A stretch of 64,000 nt of DNA from Pyrinomonadaceae bacterium. GTDB taxonomy: Bacteria > Acidobacteriota > Blastocatellia > Pyrinomonadales > Pyrinomonadaceae. Both the position numbers and the translations under genes were made by a program. The stretch spans positions 320,001 through 384,000 of the forward strand of contig JBKBYA010000002.1 of assembly GCA_046313635.1 (NCBI GenBank), read 5' to 3'. A model generated the notes under the pieces. The model had not been told where the DNA came from, made no database searches, and worked only from the letters and a program-made list of their open reading frames with translations. Below, one piece after another: positions 20,477 through 33,267 of this stretch (the first letter of the stretch is position 1; each line of letters starts with the position of its first letter).

Positions 20477-21955
20477 TCAGCCCTCGGATCTGGCCGACTT
20501 CTTTCTCGGTTTTTTGGGTTCGTCGCCCGCGGCCTTTTTGGCCGAAGCGGCCTTGGGCTTTGCGGCTTTCTTCGGCTTCTCCTTCTTTTCGTTTTCCGCG
20601 GCCGACGACTCGCTCTCCTCCGCGGAGACCTGCGTCTCCTCGATCCATTCGCCCTCGGTCACCTTCGCCTTGCTGACAAGTGCCTCGACGGTCTTGCGCG
20701 TGCGAAGGTTGTTTTTGATGCTCTCGAGACCGTTCTGCTGCTTCGAGAGAATGTCACGCAGCTGCTCGACGTCGGTGCGGTAATACTCGGCCATCTTGCG
20801 GAGTTCGTCATTGAGGTCGTCGTCGGTGACCTCGACGTTCTCGAGCTGTCCGATCTTTTCGAGCAGCAGCGCTCCGCGGACGTCGCGCTCGGCCTGCGTC
20901 TGCATCTGCTGGTAGGCCATCTGCACAAAGTCGTTCTCGACCTTGTTGAGATCGACGCCGCGCTCCTGCAGATCGCGTGCAAAATTATTGAGCAGGCTGC
21001 GGGCCTGAGACTCGATCAGAGCGCGCGGGATGTCGATCGGATTTTGCTCGATCAGTTTCGCGATCGCGTTGTTGCGTACGCGGGCGTCCGCGTCGGCCGC
21101 GGCATATTGCTCGAGGTCGGCGCGAAGCTTCTTGCGCAGATCGTCGAGCGACTCGTAGCCTTCGTCGAGGCTCTTGGCCCACTCGTCGTTGGCCTCGGGC
21201 GTCTCGCTGACGCCGACAGATCTCACCTTTGCCTTGTAATGAACGGTCTTGCCGGCGAGTGCCGGCGAAGAGAAATCGTCGGGGTACGAGACCGTGAACT
21301 CTTTTTCTTCGTCGACGGTCACGCCGACGAGATTTTCGGTAAAGGACTTTTCGATCACCTCGTCGCCGAGCGTGACCTCGAGGTCGTCGGCCTTGATCGG
21401 CTCCGCCGTCGGATCGTCGTCAAACCTGCCTTCGAGATCGACGACCACCGTATCGCCGATCTGGGACGGACGCCCCTCGACAGGGATAAGCGCGGTCTCT
21501 TTCTGCAAACGGTTGGCGATGATGTCCTCGATCTCGCCGTCCTCGACGGGCTTGACGCGGCGAACGACCTCGAGCCCTTCGTAATTCGGTGCGGCGATCT
21601 CGGGCATCACTTCGAAATGTATCTCAAAGTTAAGCGGCTGCGCGCCGTCTATCGAGACGCTCTCAGCGTTGTCGAGATGCAGGTGCGGCTCGGTCAGAGG
21701 CTGCTGGTTATGCTCGGCGATGGCCTGTGCTGCGGCGGCCGAGACGACCTGCTGTAGCACTTCGCCGCGGATCTCGTCCTTAAATCGCAAACGAACGACC
21801 TCGAGCGGAGCATTGCCCTTGCGAAAGCCGGGAACGTTTGCCCGTCCCGCAAATTTGCGGCTCACGCTGTTGTACGCTTCCTTCAGCGACGCCGGCTCGA
21901 CAGTGACCGAGATCTTTCGCTCGGTCGGTGAAATTTCCTGTAATTCGCTCTTCAT
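20477..21955 (-). CDS. tig: Trigger factor
   Basis: PGFRKG ribosome-binding motif; FKBP domain; tig-clpP-clpX order. Confidence 0.95.
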   Translation of the reverse strand: MKSELQEISPTERKISVTVEPASLKEAYNSVSRKFAGRANVPGFRKGNAPLEVVRLRFKDEIRGEVLQQVVSAAAAQAIAEHNQQPLTEPHLHLDNAESVSIDGAQPLNFEIHFEVMPEIAAPNYEGLEVVRRVKPVEDGEIEDIIANRLQKETALIPVEGRPSQIGDTVVVDLEGRFDDDPTAEPIKADDLEVTLGDEVIEKSFTENLVGVTVDEEKEFTVSYPDDFSSPALAGKTVHYKAKVRSVGVSETPEANDEWAKSLDEGYESLDDLRKKLRADLEQYAAADADARVRNNAIAKLIEQNPIDIPRALIESQARSLLNNFARDLQERGVDLNKVENDFVQMAYQQMQTQAERDVRGALLLEKIGQLENVEVTDDDLNDELRKMAEYYRTDVEQLRDILSKQQNGLESIKNNLRTRKTVEALVSKAKVTEGEWIEETQVSAEESESSAAENEKKEKPKKAAKPKAASAKKAAGDEPKKPRKKSARSEG

Positions 21956-22004
21956 TTACAGAAAAAAGGATAGCTAAAGGGGATTTGAATGTCGAACGGG
22001 TGGA

Positions 22005-22169
22005 AGTAGACGGTAGTTGGAAGTAGACGGTAGTCGGTAGACAGTAGTCGGTAGACGGATGCTTGCAGCTCGGGGGGCGAACATGGAAAAAGAAATGGCC
22101 GCGATCAATGCTTGATGATCAACGGCCGACTTTCTTCTACTGACTACTGGCTGCCGCCTGCTGACTACT
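22005..22169. repeat. Palindromic element of inverted heptamer arrays (RGTAGWC)n...(GACTACT)n
   Basis: AGTAGAC/GGTAGTC units at 22005-22056; inverted GACTACT-like units at ~22128-22169. Confidence 0.75.
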
Positions 22170-22176
22170 CAATTCC

Positions 22177-22261
<85 letters not shown>

Positions 22262-22267
22262 GTTTCG

Positions 22268-22300
22268 ATTGCGGAATGCGGAGTGCGGATTGCGGAATGT
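22268..22300. repeat. Heptamer (TGCGGAA)n array
   Basis: TGCGGAA TGCGGAG TGCGGAT TGCGGAA; same unit as the aroC insert. Confidence 0.75.
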
Positions 22301-22363
22301 GACGCATCGGCACTTCGTTTCCACCAAAAATCTAACGAATGGCAGCGTCGATGTCTAGCCCGA

Positions 22364-22627
22364 CTACTTGTTCAGATACTTCCGTTTGTGCTCTTCCCAC
22401 GAGAGGTCGTACGCGCCGTCGTCGATGTAGCCGCCAGCGGCTCCGGGGCCGACGTACTTGTCCTCGGCCTTTCTAAAGAGCCGATACGCGCCGTAGCCGC
22501 CGGCTGCGAGCAGGCCGATCCAAAAGCCGTACCAGAGCAGCGTGCCGATCAGCCCGAGCAGCCACGACAGCAGCATAAAGCCGAATATCACGCCGAGGAA
22601 AATCAGAATGAGCTTGATAAAGTTCAT
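22364..22627 (-). CDS. Small membrane protein
   Basis: GGAGG RBS; two TM helices; 87 aa. Confidence 0.75.
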   Translation of the reverse strand: MNFIKLILIFLGVIFGFMLLSWLLGLIGTLLWYGFWIGLLAAGGYGAYRLFRKAEDKYVGPGAAGGYIDDGAYDLSWEEHKRKYLNK

Positions 22628-22772
22628 CGTGTCAAACCTCCGATGCCTAGCTTATACGAAACGCGTTCGAGGTTGTTCGTCCAAAATTCTGCCGTATCGT
22701 ATAATCCAGACTCGACCGCTGCGGAGCGCGAGATGACTCATCGATCGGCCGCTGCGGTCCCGCAAGAAACGC

Positions 22773-24272
22773 TTGGAAAATACAAACAAAGTAGACATCG
22801 ATTCGATCGCCGAGCGGCTCGGCTCTCAGGCATACGGTGACGGCTCGACCGAGGTCGTCGACGTGACGCACGATTCGCGCCAGGCCGGCGATGGAACGCT
22901 CTTCGCGGCGATCAAGGGCCTGACGGTCGACGGTCACCGATTCATCGACGACGTGATGCGCCGCGGGGCGGCGGGCGTCATCTCGGAGAGCGAGCCGCCG
23001 GTGGGCTTCACGGGGGCATGGATAAAGGTCGCGGACGCCCGCGAGGCGCTCGCCCGCGCGGCGGCGTTCGTTAACGCCGACCCTTCGCACGAGCTCGATC
23101 TGGTCGGCGTGACCGGCACCAACGGCAAGACGACGACGACCTACCTGTGCTGCGCGCTGGCCGAGGCGGCCGGCGTCAAGCCCGCGATGCTGACCACGGT
23201 CGAATATCGTATCGGCGAACGTTCGGAGCCGGCCGTGCGGACGACGCCCGAGGCTTCGGACACAAACAGATTCTTGCGCCGAGCGGTCGACGAAGGCTGC
23301 GGAATGGCCGCGATGGAGGCGTCGTCGCAGGCGCTCGATCTTAGGCGCTGCGACTGGCTGCGCTTTCGCGTCGCTGTCTTTACAAATCTCACGCAGGACC
23401 ATCTCGATTATCACGGCACGATGGAGAATTACTTCGATGCCAAAAAGCGCCTCTTTGACGGCCGGCTCGGCGAACCGCCCGCGGCCAGCGTGATAAATGT
23501 CGACGACGCCTGGGGCCGCAGGCTCGCCGATGAGCTGCGCTCGGCCGGCCGGCGCGTCGTGACCTACGCGCTGGACTCGGCGGCGGACCTGACCGCGTAC
23601 GAGGTCGAGGTATCGCTTTTGAAGGGAACGTCGTTCCTGTTGCGCACGCCGCTCGGCGAACGCCGCATCTCGTCACCGCTCGTCGGCCGACCGCACGTCT
23701 ACAATATGCTCGCGTCGGCGGCGTCGGCGATCGAGCTCGGCTATTCGCTTGACGCGATCGACAAAGGTCTCGCACGCTGCATCGGAGCTCCGGGTCGATT
23801 TGAGCGCGTTCCGAACGACGGCGATCTTGCGGTCGTCGTCGACTACGCGCATACCGACGACGCTCTGCTCAACACGCTTCGAACGGCGCGGCCGCTGACC
23901 GCGGGCCGCATCATCACGGTCTTTGGCTGCGGCGGCGACCGCGACAAGACAAAGCGGGCGCCGATGGGCCGCGTCGCCGGCAGCGAGAGCGATCTCGTCT
24001 TTGTCACGTCGGACAATCCGCGGACCGAAGATCCGCTAAAGATAATTCAGGAGATCGAAGCGGGCATTCGAGAGACGGGCGTCGATTTTCGTTCGATACC
24101 CGACCGCCGCGAGGCGATCTGCGCGGCGGTGCTCGAGGCGAGACCGGGCGATCTTGTGATCATCGCCGGCAAGGGACACGAGAATTATCAGATCGTCGGG
24201 AATGAGAAGTATCACTTCGACGACCGCGAGGTAGCTGCGGAAGCTCTGCAGCGGCGCAGAGATCTCGTCTAG
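22773..24272 (+). CDS. murE: UDP-MurNAc-tripeptide synthetase (meso-DAP adding)
   Basis: GVTGTNGKTT, TTPE, MEASS, DYAHT, FGCGGDRD, DNPR, AGKGHE; TTG start. Confidence 0.96.
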   Translation: MENTNKVDIDSIAERLGSQAYGDGSTEVVDVTHDSRQAGDGTLFAAIKGLTVDGHRFIDDVMRRGAAGVISESEPPVGFTGAWIKVADAREALARAAAFVNADPSHELDLVGVTGTNGKTTTTYLCCALAEAAGVKPAMLTTVEYRIGERSEPAVRTTPEASDTNRFLRRAVDEGCGMAAMEASSQALDLRRCDWLRFRVAVFTNLTQDHLDYHGTMENYFDAKKRLFDGRLGEPPAASVINVDDAWGRRLADELRSAGRRVVTYALDSAADLTAYEVEVSLLKGTSFLLRTPLGERRISSPLVGRPHVYNMLASAASAIELGYSLDAIDKGLARCIGAPGRFERVPNDGDLAVVVDYAHTDDALLNTLRTARPLTAGRIITVFGCGGDRDKTKRAPMGRVAGSESDLVFVTSDNPRTEDPLKIIQEIEAGIRETGVDFRSIPDRREAICAAVLEARPGDLVIIAGKGHENYQIVGNEKYHFDDREVAAEALQRRRDLV

Positions 24273-24619
24273 CTGCCCTCGATGCGGTCGATGTATCGAT
24301 TGATCGAGTCGCGCTGCTCCTGAGAAAGGTCTGTAAATCTGACGCCGAAGCCGATATCGAAGGCAAAGTTTGCGACCTCGGCCGTAAAAGCCTCTCGGCC
24401 GAGATCGCCGAGCGAGAAGTCGATCGAGATCCGGTCGCCGTCGTCCACATCGCCGTCGGTCAGGATGTAGCAGCCCGTCCGGCTGATATCGTTGATCGTG
24501 CCGCCAAACCTGCCTGACGGACCTTCCCACTCGACGTCAAACGAGACCCGATAGCGCGAATGCCTTCGCCGGTCGCCGCCTTTCCTTCTTTCGATGATCT
24601 GCATTTTTAGGAGAAGCAA
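24269..24619 (-). CDS. Stand-alone PilZ domain protein
   Basis: RRRHSR and DISRTG c-di-GMP-binding motifs; GVRF. Confidence 0.85.
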   Translation of the reverse strand: MLLLKMQIIERRKGGDRRRHSRYRVSFDVEWEGPSGRFGGTINDISRTGCYILTDGDVDDGDRISIDFSLGDLGREAFTAEVANFAFDIGFGVRFTDLSQEQRDSINRYIDRIEGS

Positions 24620-24622
24620 GAT

Positions 24623-26098
24623 CTAACTGTCACGGCCGCCGGGCGGCATCGAGCCGCGCGCTCCGCTCAGATAGTAGACCGGGAGCCCGAGGGCGATAAG
24701 TACGATGCCGATGATCGATTGCAGCGGATCGTTGACGATCGTGCTGTAGAGCAGCGCCGCGGTCGCCAGCAGAAAGAGCGCCGGCATTACCGGGTAGCCC
24801 CAGGCGCGATACGGCCGCACGGCGTCGGGGTATCGCCTGCGAAAAACGAAGATCGACGATGTTATCAGTCCGTAAAAGATCCAAAGGCAAAAGACCACGT
24901 AATTCGTCAGCGTGTCGAACGAGCCCGACAGGGCCAGCACTATCGCGATCGCGCCCTGAAACAGCAGAGCCGGTACGGGCACATTGTTGATCGAGAGACG
25001 GCCCAGCACACTCGGCATAAGACCGTCGTGCGCGAGAGCATAGGGAATGCGAGATCCGCCGAGGATCGACGTGTGCAGCGTGCCAAGCGACGACAGCATC
25101 AGTCCGACCGTAAAGATCGAAACGGCGAGCCCCGTCGCAAACTTTGTGATGTCGCCGCCAAAGAATCGGCTAACCACCTCGCGTGCGACCGACGAATCTT
25201 TTGAGACCGAGGCGACCGTTACCGGATCGAGCACGTAGTAGTAGCCGATGTGGACGACGACGTACAGCAGGATCACGGCTACGGTACTGCCGATAATGGC
25301 AAGCGGAATATTTCGATTCGGATCTTTGACCTCGCCGGCGACGAAGGTCAGGTTGTTCCAGCCCTCGTATCCCCAGAGAGCTCCGAGCATCGCCGCGGCA
25401 AAACCGGCGGCAAAGCTGTAGTTGGCAGAGTTGTAATTGACCGCGTCCGAGACGTTCTCGCACGTGCCGCCGGCGGCGGTCAATGCATAGTTAGAGAATG
25501 TTCCCGTCACCCAGATGAACGCACCGACCCCGACGAAGACGATCAGCGCGATCTTGACGGCGGTCAGCACCGTCGCGATCTTGCCGCTCAATGCGACGGA
25601 CGCGCAGTTGAGCGTCGTGAAGATAAGTATGACCATCACGGCGACGAGGTGGATCATCGTCACCTCGAATGCGTGACCCAAGATCGTCGTATTGAGAAAT
25701 ACGACCTGCTCGAGCTGATGCCCGCCGATGAAATCGTTAAGCCCGATCGCGAATCCCATCCCAAGCGCGGCCTGGCTGCCCGGCTTTCCGATCAGCATCT
25801 GCATCCACCCGTAGAGGAAGCTCGTGACCCGTCCGTACGAGTCGCGCAGGAAGACGTACTCCGCGCCGGCCACCGGCTTCATAGCAGTCAGCTCGGCATA
25901 GGTCAGGGCACCGGCAAGCGAGAGCAGACCGGCGGCAACCCAGACGGCGATGACCCAGCCGGGCGTGCCGACGTTGCAGGTCATCACGCGCGCCTTGAGA
26001 AAGACGCCCGTGCCGATGACGTTGCCGATGATGACCGAAATGGCGGCGAGGAGACCGAGGCCGCGGACAAGGGTTCGCGTGTTGTTTGCAGGGATCAT
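24623..26098 (-). CDS. Amino acid permease (APC, LAT/APA family)
   Basis: IGNVIGTGVF, GALTYAEL, WGYEGWN, EVKDPNRNIP, RPYRAWGYP. Confidence 0.92.
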   Translation of the reverse strand: MIPANNTRTLVRGLGLLAAISVIIGNVIGTGVFLKARVMTCNVGTPGWVIAVWVAAGLLSLAGALTYAELTAMKPVAGAEYVFLRDSYGRVTSFLYGWMQMLIGKPGSQAALGMGFAIGLNDFIGGHQLEQVVFLNTTILGHAFEVTMIHLVAVMVILIFTTLNCASVALSGKIATVLTAVKIALIVFVGVGAFIWVTGTFSNYALTAAGGTCENVSDAVNYNSANYSFAAGFAAAMLGALWGYEGWNNLTFVAGEVKDPNRNIPLAIIGSTVAVILLYVVVHIGYYYVLDPVTVASVSKDSSVAREVVSRFFGGDITKFATGLAVSIFTVGLMLSSLGTLHTSILGGSRIPYALAHDGLMPSVLGRLSINNVPVPALLFQGAIAIVLALSGSFDTLTNYVVFCLWIFYGLITSSIFVFRRRYPDAVRPYRAWGYPVMPALFLLATAALLYSTIVNDPLQSIIGIVLIALGLPVYYLSGARGSMPPGGRDS

Positions 26099-26303
26099 AG
26101 TGTGCCGGCGAGCTGTTTCGAATCATCTTACGCGAGTTGGCGAATGGCACAAAATAAAACCGTGCCGAGACACATCCTGCCCCAGATCGCCGGCATGGTC
26201 GCCCGACAGTTCGCTGTGATAGTGTGAAGGCGCCGTGGATTTGGCCGGGACGATCTGAGCAGAAAGATGCCGGTCGATCCGGTCGGTCGGCTTCTCGAGT
26301 CTA

Positions 26304-27635
26304 ATGCTGAGACAGGATCACGATAAGCGGACGGCGCGGCCGAGAACGGTGACGCAGACCGCGTTGCCGGCGCGCGGCGCCGGCGCATTCCAGCTGGATA
26401 ACTGCGGCCTCGGGCCGTCGCCGAAGGCGATCTCGGGCAGCGAACCGAGCGAAATGATCGCGGTCTCGGCCGCCGACGCTTCGACCGCGGTCGACGTCCT
26501 GGCGGCGAGTCTGCGGCAAGGGAAGTTTGCGGTTTTCACGCTGGCGTACGACCTCGGGCTGGCGCTCGAGCCGCGGCTCGCGGGCCGTCTGAGGAACTTC
26601 GCTGAACCGCTGGTCTGGGTCGCGCTGTATGACAGCGTCCGCGTACTTGATCAGGCGGAAGGACGCGAATTCGTCGCCGGCCCGGGATCCGAGGTCGAGG
26701 CCGCGCCGCCCAAGACCTCTCCGTGCGTGCAGCCCGTAAAGCCCGGACCTCTGGCGGCCGGAGCGGCGACGTCCAACTTTGACCGGCACAACTACATCGA
26801 CGCGGTCGAGACGATAAAAGAGCTGATCCGCTCGGGTGAGACCTACCAAGTCAATCTGACTCAAAAGCTCGGATTTGAATTTGCACGCGGGTGCGCCGCG
26901 ACAGACCTGTACGCTCGCCTGCGCCGCGACAACCCGGCTCGCTATTCGGCCTACATCGACCGCGGGACGTCGCAGGTGGTCTCTACCTCGCCCGAGAGTT
27001 TTTTTCGCACGCGCGGCCGCCGCATAGAGACCTCGCCGATCAAGGGCACGATCCGCCGGGGAAGCGACGAGACCGAAGACCGCATGCTCCGCGAGACCCT
27101 GCTGACGAGCCCAAAGGACCGCGCCGAGAACACGATGATCGTCGACCTGCTCCGCAACGATCTCGGGCGCGTCTGCGAATACGGTTCGGTAACGGTGGAG
27201 CGGCTGTGCGAGATCGAACGGCACCCGACGCTCTTCCATCTGGTATCGACGGTTTCGGGAAAGCTGAAGGAGCGTGCGGGCATCGCCGAGATCCTTAAAG
27301 CGCTGTTTCCGTGCGGCTCGATCACCGGAGCGCCCAAGCCCCGAACGATGGAGTTGATCGACGACCTCGAGCGAGCACCGCGCGGCCTCTCGATGGGTGC
27401 GATCGGGTACTCGGTACCAGTGGGGTTCAGCGAGCATCTCGAGCCAGGGCTCGAGGTCGCGGTCGCCATTCGCACGGTCGTGGTCAGGGACGGGCACGCC
27501 GAGTTCAATGTCGGCGGAGGCGTGGTGATCGACAGCGACCCCGAAGCCGAGTACAAAGAGTCGCTGCTAAAGGCCGCGGCGATACTAAGGGCCGCTGGCA
27601 TAGATCGGATCGAGCCGGCGGCCCGCCGTATCTGA
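26304..27635 (+). CDS. pabB: Aminodeoxychorismate synthase component I
   Basis: GETYQVNL, SPESFF, PIKGT, KDRAENTMIVDLLRNDL, FPCGSITGAPK; start uncertain. Confidence 0.88.
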   Translation: MLRQDHDKRTARPRTVTQTALPARGAGAFQLDNCGLGPSPKAISGSEPSEMIAVSAADASTAVDVLAASLRQGKFAVFTLAYDLGLALEPRLAGRLRNFAEPLVWVALYDSVRVLDQAEGREFVAGPGSEVEAAPPKTSPCVQPVKPGPLAAGAATSNFDRHNYIDAVETIKELIRSGETYQVNLTQKLGFEFARGCAATDLYARLRRDNPARYSAYIDRGTSQVVSTSPESFFRTRGRRIETSPIKGTIRRGSDETEDRMLRETLLTSPKDRAENTMIVDLLRNDLGRVCEYGSVTVERLCEIERHPTLFHLVSTVSGKLKERAGIAEILKALFPCGSITGAPKPRTMELIDDLERAPRGLSMGAIGYSVPVGFSEHLEPGLEVAVAIRTVVVRDGHAEFNVGGGVVIDSDPEAEYKESLLKAAAILRAAGIDRIEPAARRI

Positions 27636-27681
27636 CGGAACACGTGCCGCCCTGCGGTGTCTATTTCGAGCGGAGGTCGGT

Positions 27682-28119
27682 ATGACAAAACCGCAGATCA
27701 ACGTAACCCCGCTCATCGACGTTCTGCTCGTGCTGCTTATCATTTTTATGGTGATCTCGCCGCTCAAGCCGAGCAGCTTTAAGGTAAAGCTCCCCGCCGA
27801 GTCGAGAAGGCTGCCGAGAGACATTCGCAGCGATCCGCTGACGCTTGTCGTCGCGATAGACGACCAACGCGACGTCTCGATCAACCGTCAACCGGCCGGC
27901 TCGGTTGACGACGCTTCGGCGGCGACCGAGATCTTGAAAAGAGCCTTTGCAGAGCGGCGGCATAACGGCGCGTTTGACAAGAATGGCGACGTCGTCAGGA
28001 CAGTTTTTATAAGCGCGCCGCGGACGGTAGCCTATGGCGATGTCGCACGCGTGATCGACGCGGTAAAGTCGGCCGGCGCCGATCCGATCAGCCTGCTGAT
28101 CGACCGGGCGGGTCGCTGA
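27682..28119 (+). CDS. ExbD/TolR family protein
   Basis: INVTPLIDVLLVLLIIFMV; YGDVARVID. Confidence 0.9.
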   Translation: MTKPQINVTPLIDVLLVLLIIFMVISPLKPSSFKVKLPAESRRLPRDIRSDPLTLVVAIDDQRDVSINRQPAGSVDDASAATEILKRAFAERRHNGAFDKNGDVVRTVFISAPRTVAYGDVARVIDAVKSAGADPISLLIDRAGR

Positions 28120-28222
28120 GTGCGGATGAGCAGCCTTACCCGGCGTGATATAATCGCGACATTCGCCGCGGGAGACGCGCGCGTTCTCTCCCGCGATCAG
28201 ATTCTCTCGGCCTCGGCTCCGG

Positions 28223-29029
28223 ATGACTAACTATTACGAAACTCTCGGCGTCTCTCAAAAGGCTTCCAGGGCCGAGATACGTTCCGCATATCGTCGTCTG
28301 GCTAGACGGCTGCATCCCGACCTCAATCAAAACTCAGAAGAGGCGGCCGTAAAGTTTGCCGCCATCGCCGAGGCCTACGAGGTGCTCGGCGACAGCCGCG
28401 AACGCGCGCGATACGATCAAAAGCTGATGCACGCCACGGCGAGCGCCGCGAACGGCAATTCGATCTTTGACAGCGACAACCCGCACATCCGGCGCTGGCG
28501 GCAGATGGTTTACGAGAAGCGCTATAACGAGATCATCGACCGGATGATCGCCGAGGAGCGCCGCGAGTCGATCGCGCGCGAGCGGGCGATCTATCCGGTG
28601 GTCGCGCTGTTTGTGTCGACGCTGTTTGTCGTCGCTTTCAAACCAAAGCTCTTTGTCAATTCTGAAATGATCGGCAAGACGATCGTTGTCGCTCTTTTTA
28701 TCGCGGGCGTGATCCATCTGATCGGCCGCATCCGTGATGCGTTTGACCGGTTCACGTACGACGAGCACGAGATCCACGAGTCGATCCTCGACGAAGAGGA
28801 ACCCAAAGTGAAGCCGTACACGCGGCTCTCGGCGGCGGCGTTCCTGATCGGCGGGCTCGCGGCGTGCCTGCTGCTCGGACTGCTGATCGGCAGCTACGTC
28901 AACATTCTCTCGGAATCGATGCCCTCGATGTTCTCTGAGACGCTCAAACCCGAATTCGTTTTTTATCCGCCGATCGTCGTGCTATTCGTCGACCTGATGC
29001 ACGGGATCGTATCGGGATTTGAGGCCTAG
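28223..29029 (+). CDS. J-domain membrane protein
   Basis: [19 protein letters not shown]-terminal TM helices. Confidence 0.88.
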   Translation: MTNYYETLGVSQKASRAEIRSAYRRLARRLHPDLNQNSEEAAVKFAAIAEAYEVLGDSRERARYDQKLMHATASAANGNSIFDSDNPHIRRWRQMVYEKRYNEIIDRMIAEERRESIARERAIYPVVALFVSTLFVVAFKPKLFVNSEMIGKTIVVALFIAGVIHLIGRIRDAFDRFTYDEHEIHESILDEEEPKVKPYTRLSAAAFLIGGLAACLLLGLLIGSYVNILSESMPSMFSETLKPEFVFYPPIVVLFVDLMHGIVSGFEA

Positions 29030-29058
29030 GCCTCGCGGGCCCGAGGGAGCTGCCGCGT

Positions 29059-29087
29059 TTGACAAAGCTGCGGTCGATGTCTATCCT
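29059..29087 (+). promoter_or_regulatory. Putative rpsT promoter
   Basis: TTGACA-N17-TATCCT. Confidence 0.55.
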
Positions 29088-29124
29088 CTATAATTTCCCG
29101 AAATCACGGGCTTTTAGGTAGATA

Positions 29125-29391
29125 ATGGCAAACCATAAATCAGCAGAAAAAAGGGTCCGGCAGACGCTTAAGCGGAACGAGATCAATCGTCGCAACCGCA
29201 GCCGGCTCCGTACGCAGATCAAAAAGCTACGTTCGGCGATCTCCGGTCACGACGCGGCGGCAAGCGGCGAGCAGCTCGCGCCGACCGTGTCGATCATCGA
29301 TAAGATGGTCAACAAGGGGATCATTCACCGGAACACCGCGGCCAGGTACAAGGCCCGTCTGACCCGGCACGTTAACGAACTGGCAAAATAA
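29125..29391 (+). CDS. rpsT: 30S ribosomal protein S20
   Basis: MANHKSAEKR..KGIIHRNTAARYK. Confidence 0.97.
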   Translation: MANHKSAEKRVRQTLKRNEINRRNRSRLRTQIKKLRSAISGHDAAASGEQLAPTVSIIDKMVNKGIIHRNTAARYKARLTRHVNELAK

Positions 29392-29435
29392 GTTCCCCAA
29401 AGCCGAAAACTACATAGTTTTCTCCTTTATCCTTT

Positions 29436-29474
29436 CGGAAGTCGATCCTTGAATCATCGGCTTCCGTTTTTTTT
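29436..29474 (+). terminator. Intrinsic terminator after rpsT
   Basis: CGGAAGTCGAT/ATCGGCTTCCG stem plus T8. Confidence 0.85.
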
Positions 29475-29522
29475 ATGCCGGCCCTCAAAAGGCCTTGGCC
29501 TTTGTTAATATCCAGCTGACGG

Positions 29523-30227
29523 ATGTCCGACGTGAGACGGTACAAATATTACGACCTCATAATGGCCGCCTTTGTGTGCGTCCTGCTCTGCTCGAATCTG
29601 ATCGGAGTGCAAAAGGTCACGTTCGTCGATCTGCCGTGGGCCGGCGAATACATCTTCGGAGCGGGCGTACTCTTTTTTCCGATCAGCTATCTCTTTGGCG
29701 ACATCCTTACCGAGGTCTACGGCTACAAGCGCTCGCGGCGGGTGATCTGGGCCGGATTCGGGGCGCTCATCTTCGCCTCGGCGATGGCTTTCATCGTTAC
29801 GAGCCTGCCCGCGGCCCGGACGATGTCGGCCGAGCAGCAGAATGCCGTCAACCTTATCTTCGGTCAGACATGGCGGATCGCGGTGGCCTCGCTGCTGGCG
29901 TTTTGGCTGGGCGAATTCACCAATTCGTTCGTTCTCGCGAAGATGAAGGTCCTGACCGAGGGCAGATGGCTCTGGACCAGGACGATCGGATCTACCTTTG
30001 CCGGGGAGGCGGTCGACAGTCTGGTCTTTTACCCGCTTGCGTTTTACGGTCTTTGGTCGACCGAGCAGGTCGTCAGCGTGATGATCGGCAATTACTTCCT
30101 AAAGGTCGGTTGGGAGGTCCTCGCCACGCCCTTCACATACCGGATCGTCAACTTTCTCAAGCGCGCCGAGAACGAGGACTTCTATGACCGCGACACCGAC
30201 TTCAACCCTTTCAGCCTCGAATCGTGA
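29523..30227 (+). CDS. Queuosine precursor transporter (VUT/YhhQ family)
   Basis: FPISYLFGDILTEVYG, RIAVASLLAF, LWTRTIGST, DSLVF. Confidence 0.9.
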   Translation: MSDVRRYKYYDLIMAAFVCVLLCSNLIGVQKVTFVDLPWAGEYIFGAGVLFFPISYLFGDILTEVYGYKRSRRVIWAGFGALIFASAMAFIVTSLPAARTMSAEQQNAVNLIFGQTWRIAVASLLAFWLGEFTNSFVLAKMKVLTEGRWLWTRTIGSTFAGEAVDSLVFYPLAFYGLWSTEQVVSVMIGNYFLKVGWEVLATPFTYRIVNFLKRAENEDFYDRDTDFNPFSLES

Positions 30228-30404
30228 CGCTTCGCGTCGTGCATTAATTTAGAAACGGCATCGGATTAGGCCTTTATTCCGCCAGCAGGGACCGGCACCG
30301 GCCGCCGCGTAAACGTTGCTTTTGATAGGGCAATTTGCGTAAATATTAGCGAGTCTTGTCCTATACCCGTTCCTGACAATTTAAGAGAGAGTTTTCCCAG
30401 ACGT

Positions 30405-32822
<2,418 letters not shown>

Positions 32823-32878
32823 CCCGGCAGCTCGGACGCTAAGGCCCTGTCGAGCGGCAAGGCCCAACGATCCATACA

Positions 32879-33235
32879 TCAATCCGGCCGGGCGGGCCCA
32901 ACGGTCTGCCCGGCCGTCCCCTTTTTATAGACCTCGTCAGAACGTCCGCCGTCGTGTGCCTCGGCCTTGCGGCCTCGCAGGTCTATATGCCGATTACTGG
33001 CGTTGAGAAAGTTCTCGTGAAACGCGATGCTGCCGTGTTTGAAGCCCGCGTTTCTGAAGATGCGGTCGTACTTTTGTGCGGCATCCTCGGGCTCGTTCGT
33101 CGCGACGGTCATAACGAGCATCCGAGCGTCCGGGTCGCGCTTTGCGGCTTGCGTGATCTCGTCAAGGACCTCGGGGACTGCGGCGATCTCGCCGCCGCCG
33201 CCGATGGAGATAAGAGTGGGATCCGATTTTCCCAT
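32879..33235 (-). pseudogene. Truncated or internally deleted cyanophycinase (peptidase S51) remnant
   Basis: LISIGGG..MLVMTVATNEPE..KYDRIF resembles the S51 N-terminus; only 118 aa; no GGDQ or GTSAG motifs. Confidence 0.55.
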
Positions 33236-33267
33236 TGCCGCATCGGCGGTCGTATAATCCGAACCGC

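Noticed and set aside
29392..29522. preQ1 riboswitch upstream of the queuosine precursor transporter
   Set aside because: Only the rpsT terminator is evident; no preQ1 stem-loop with A-rich tail
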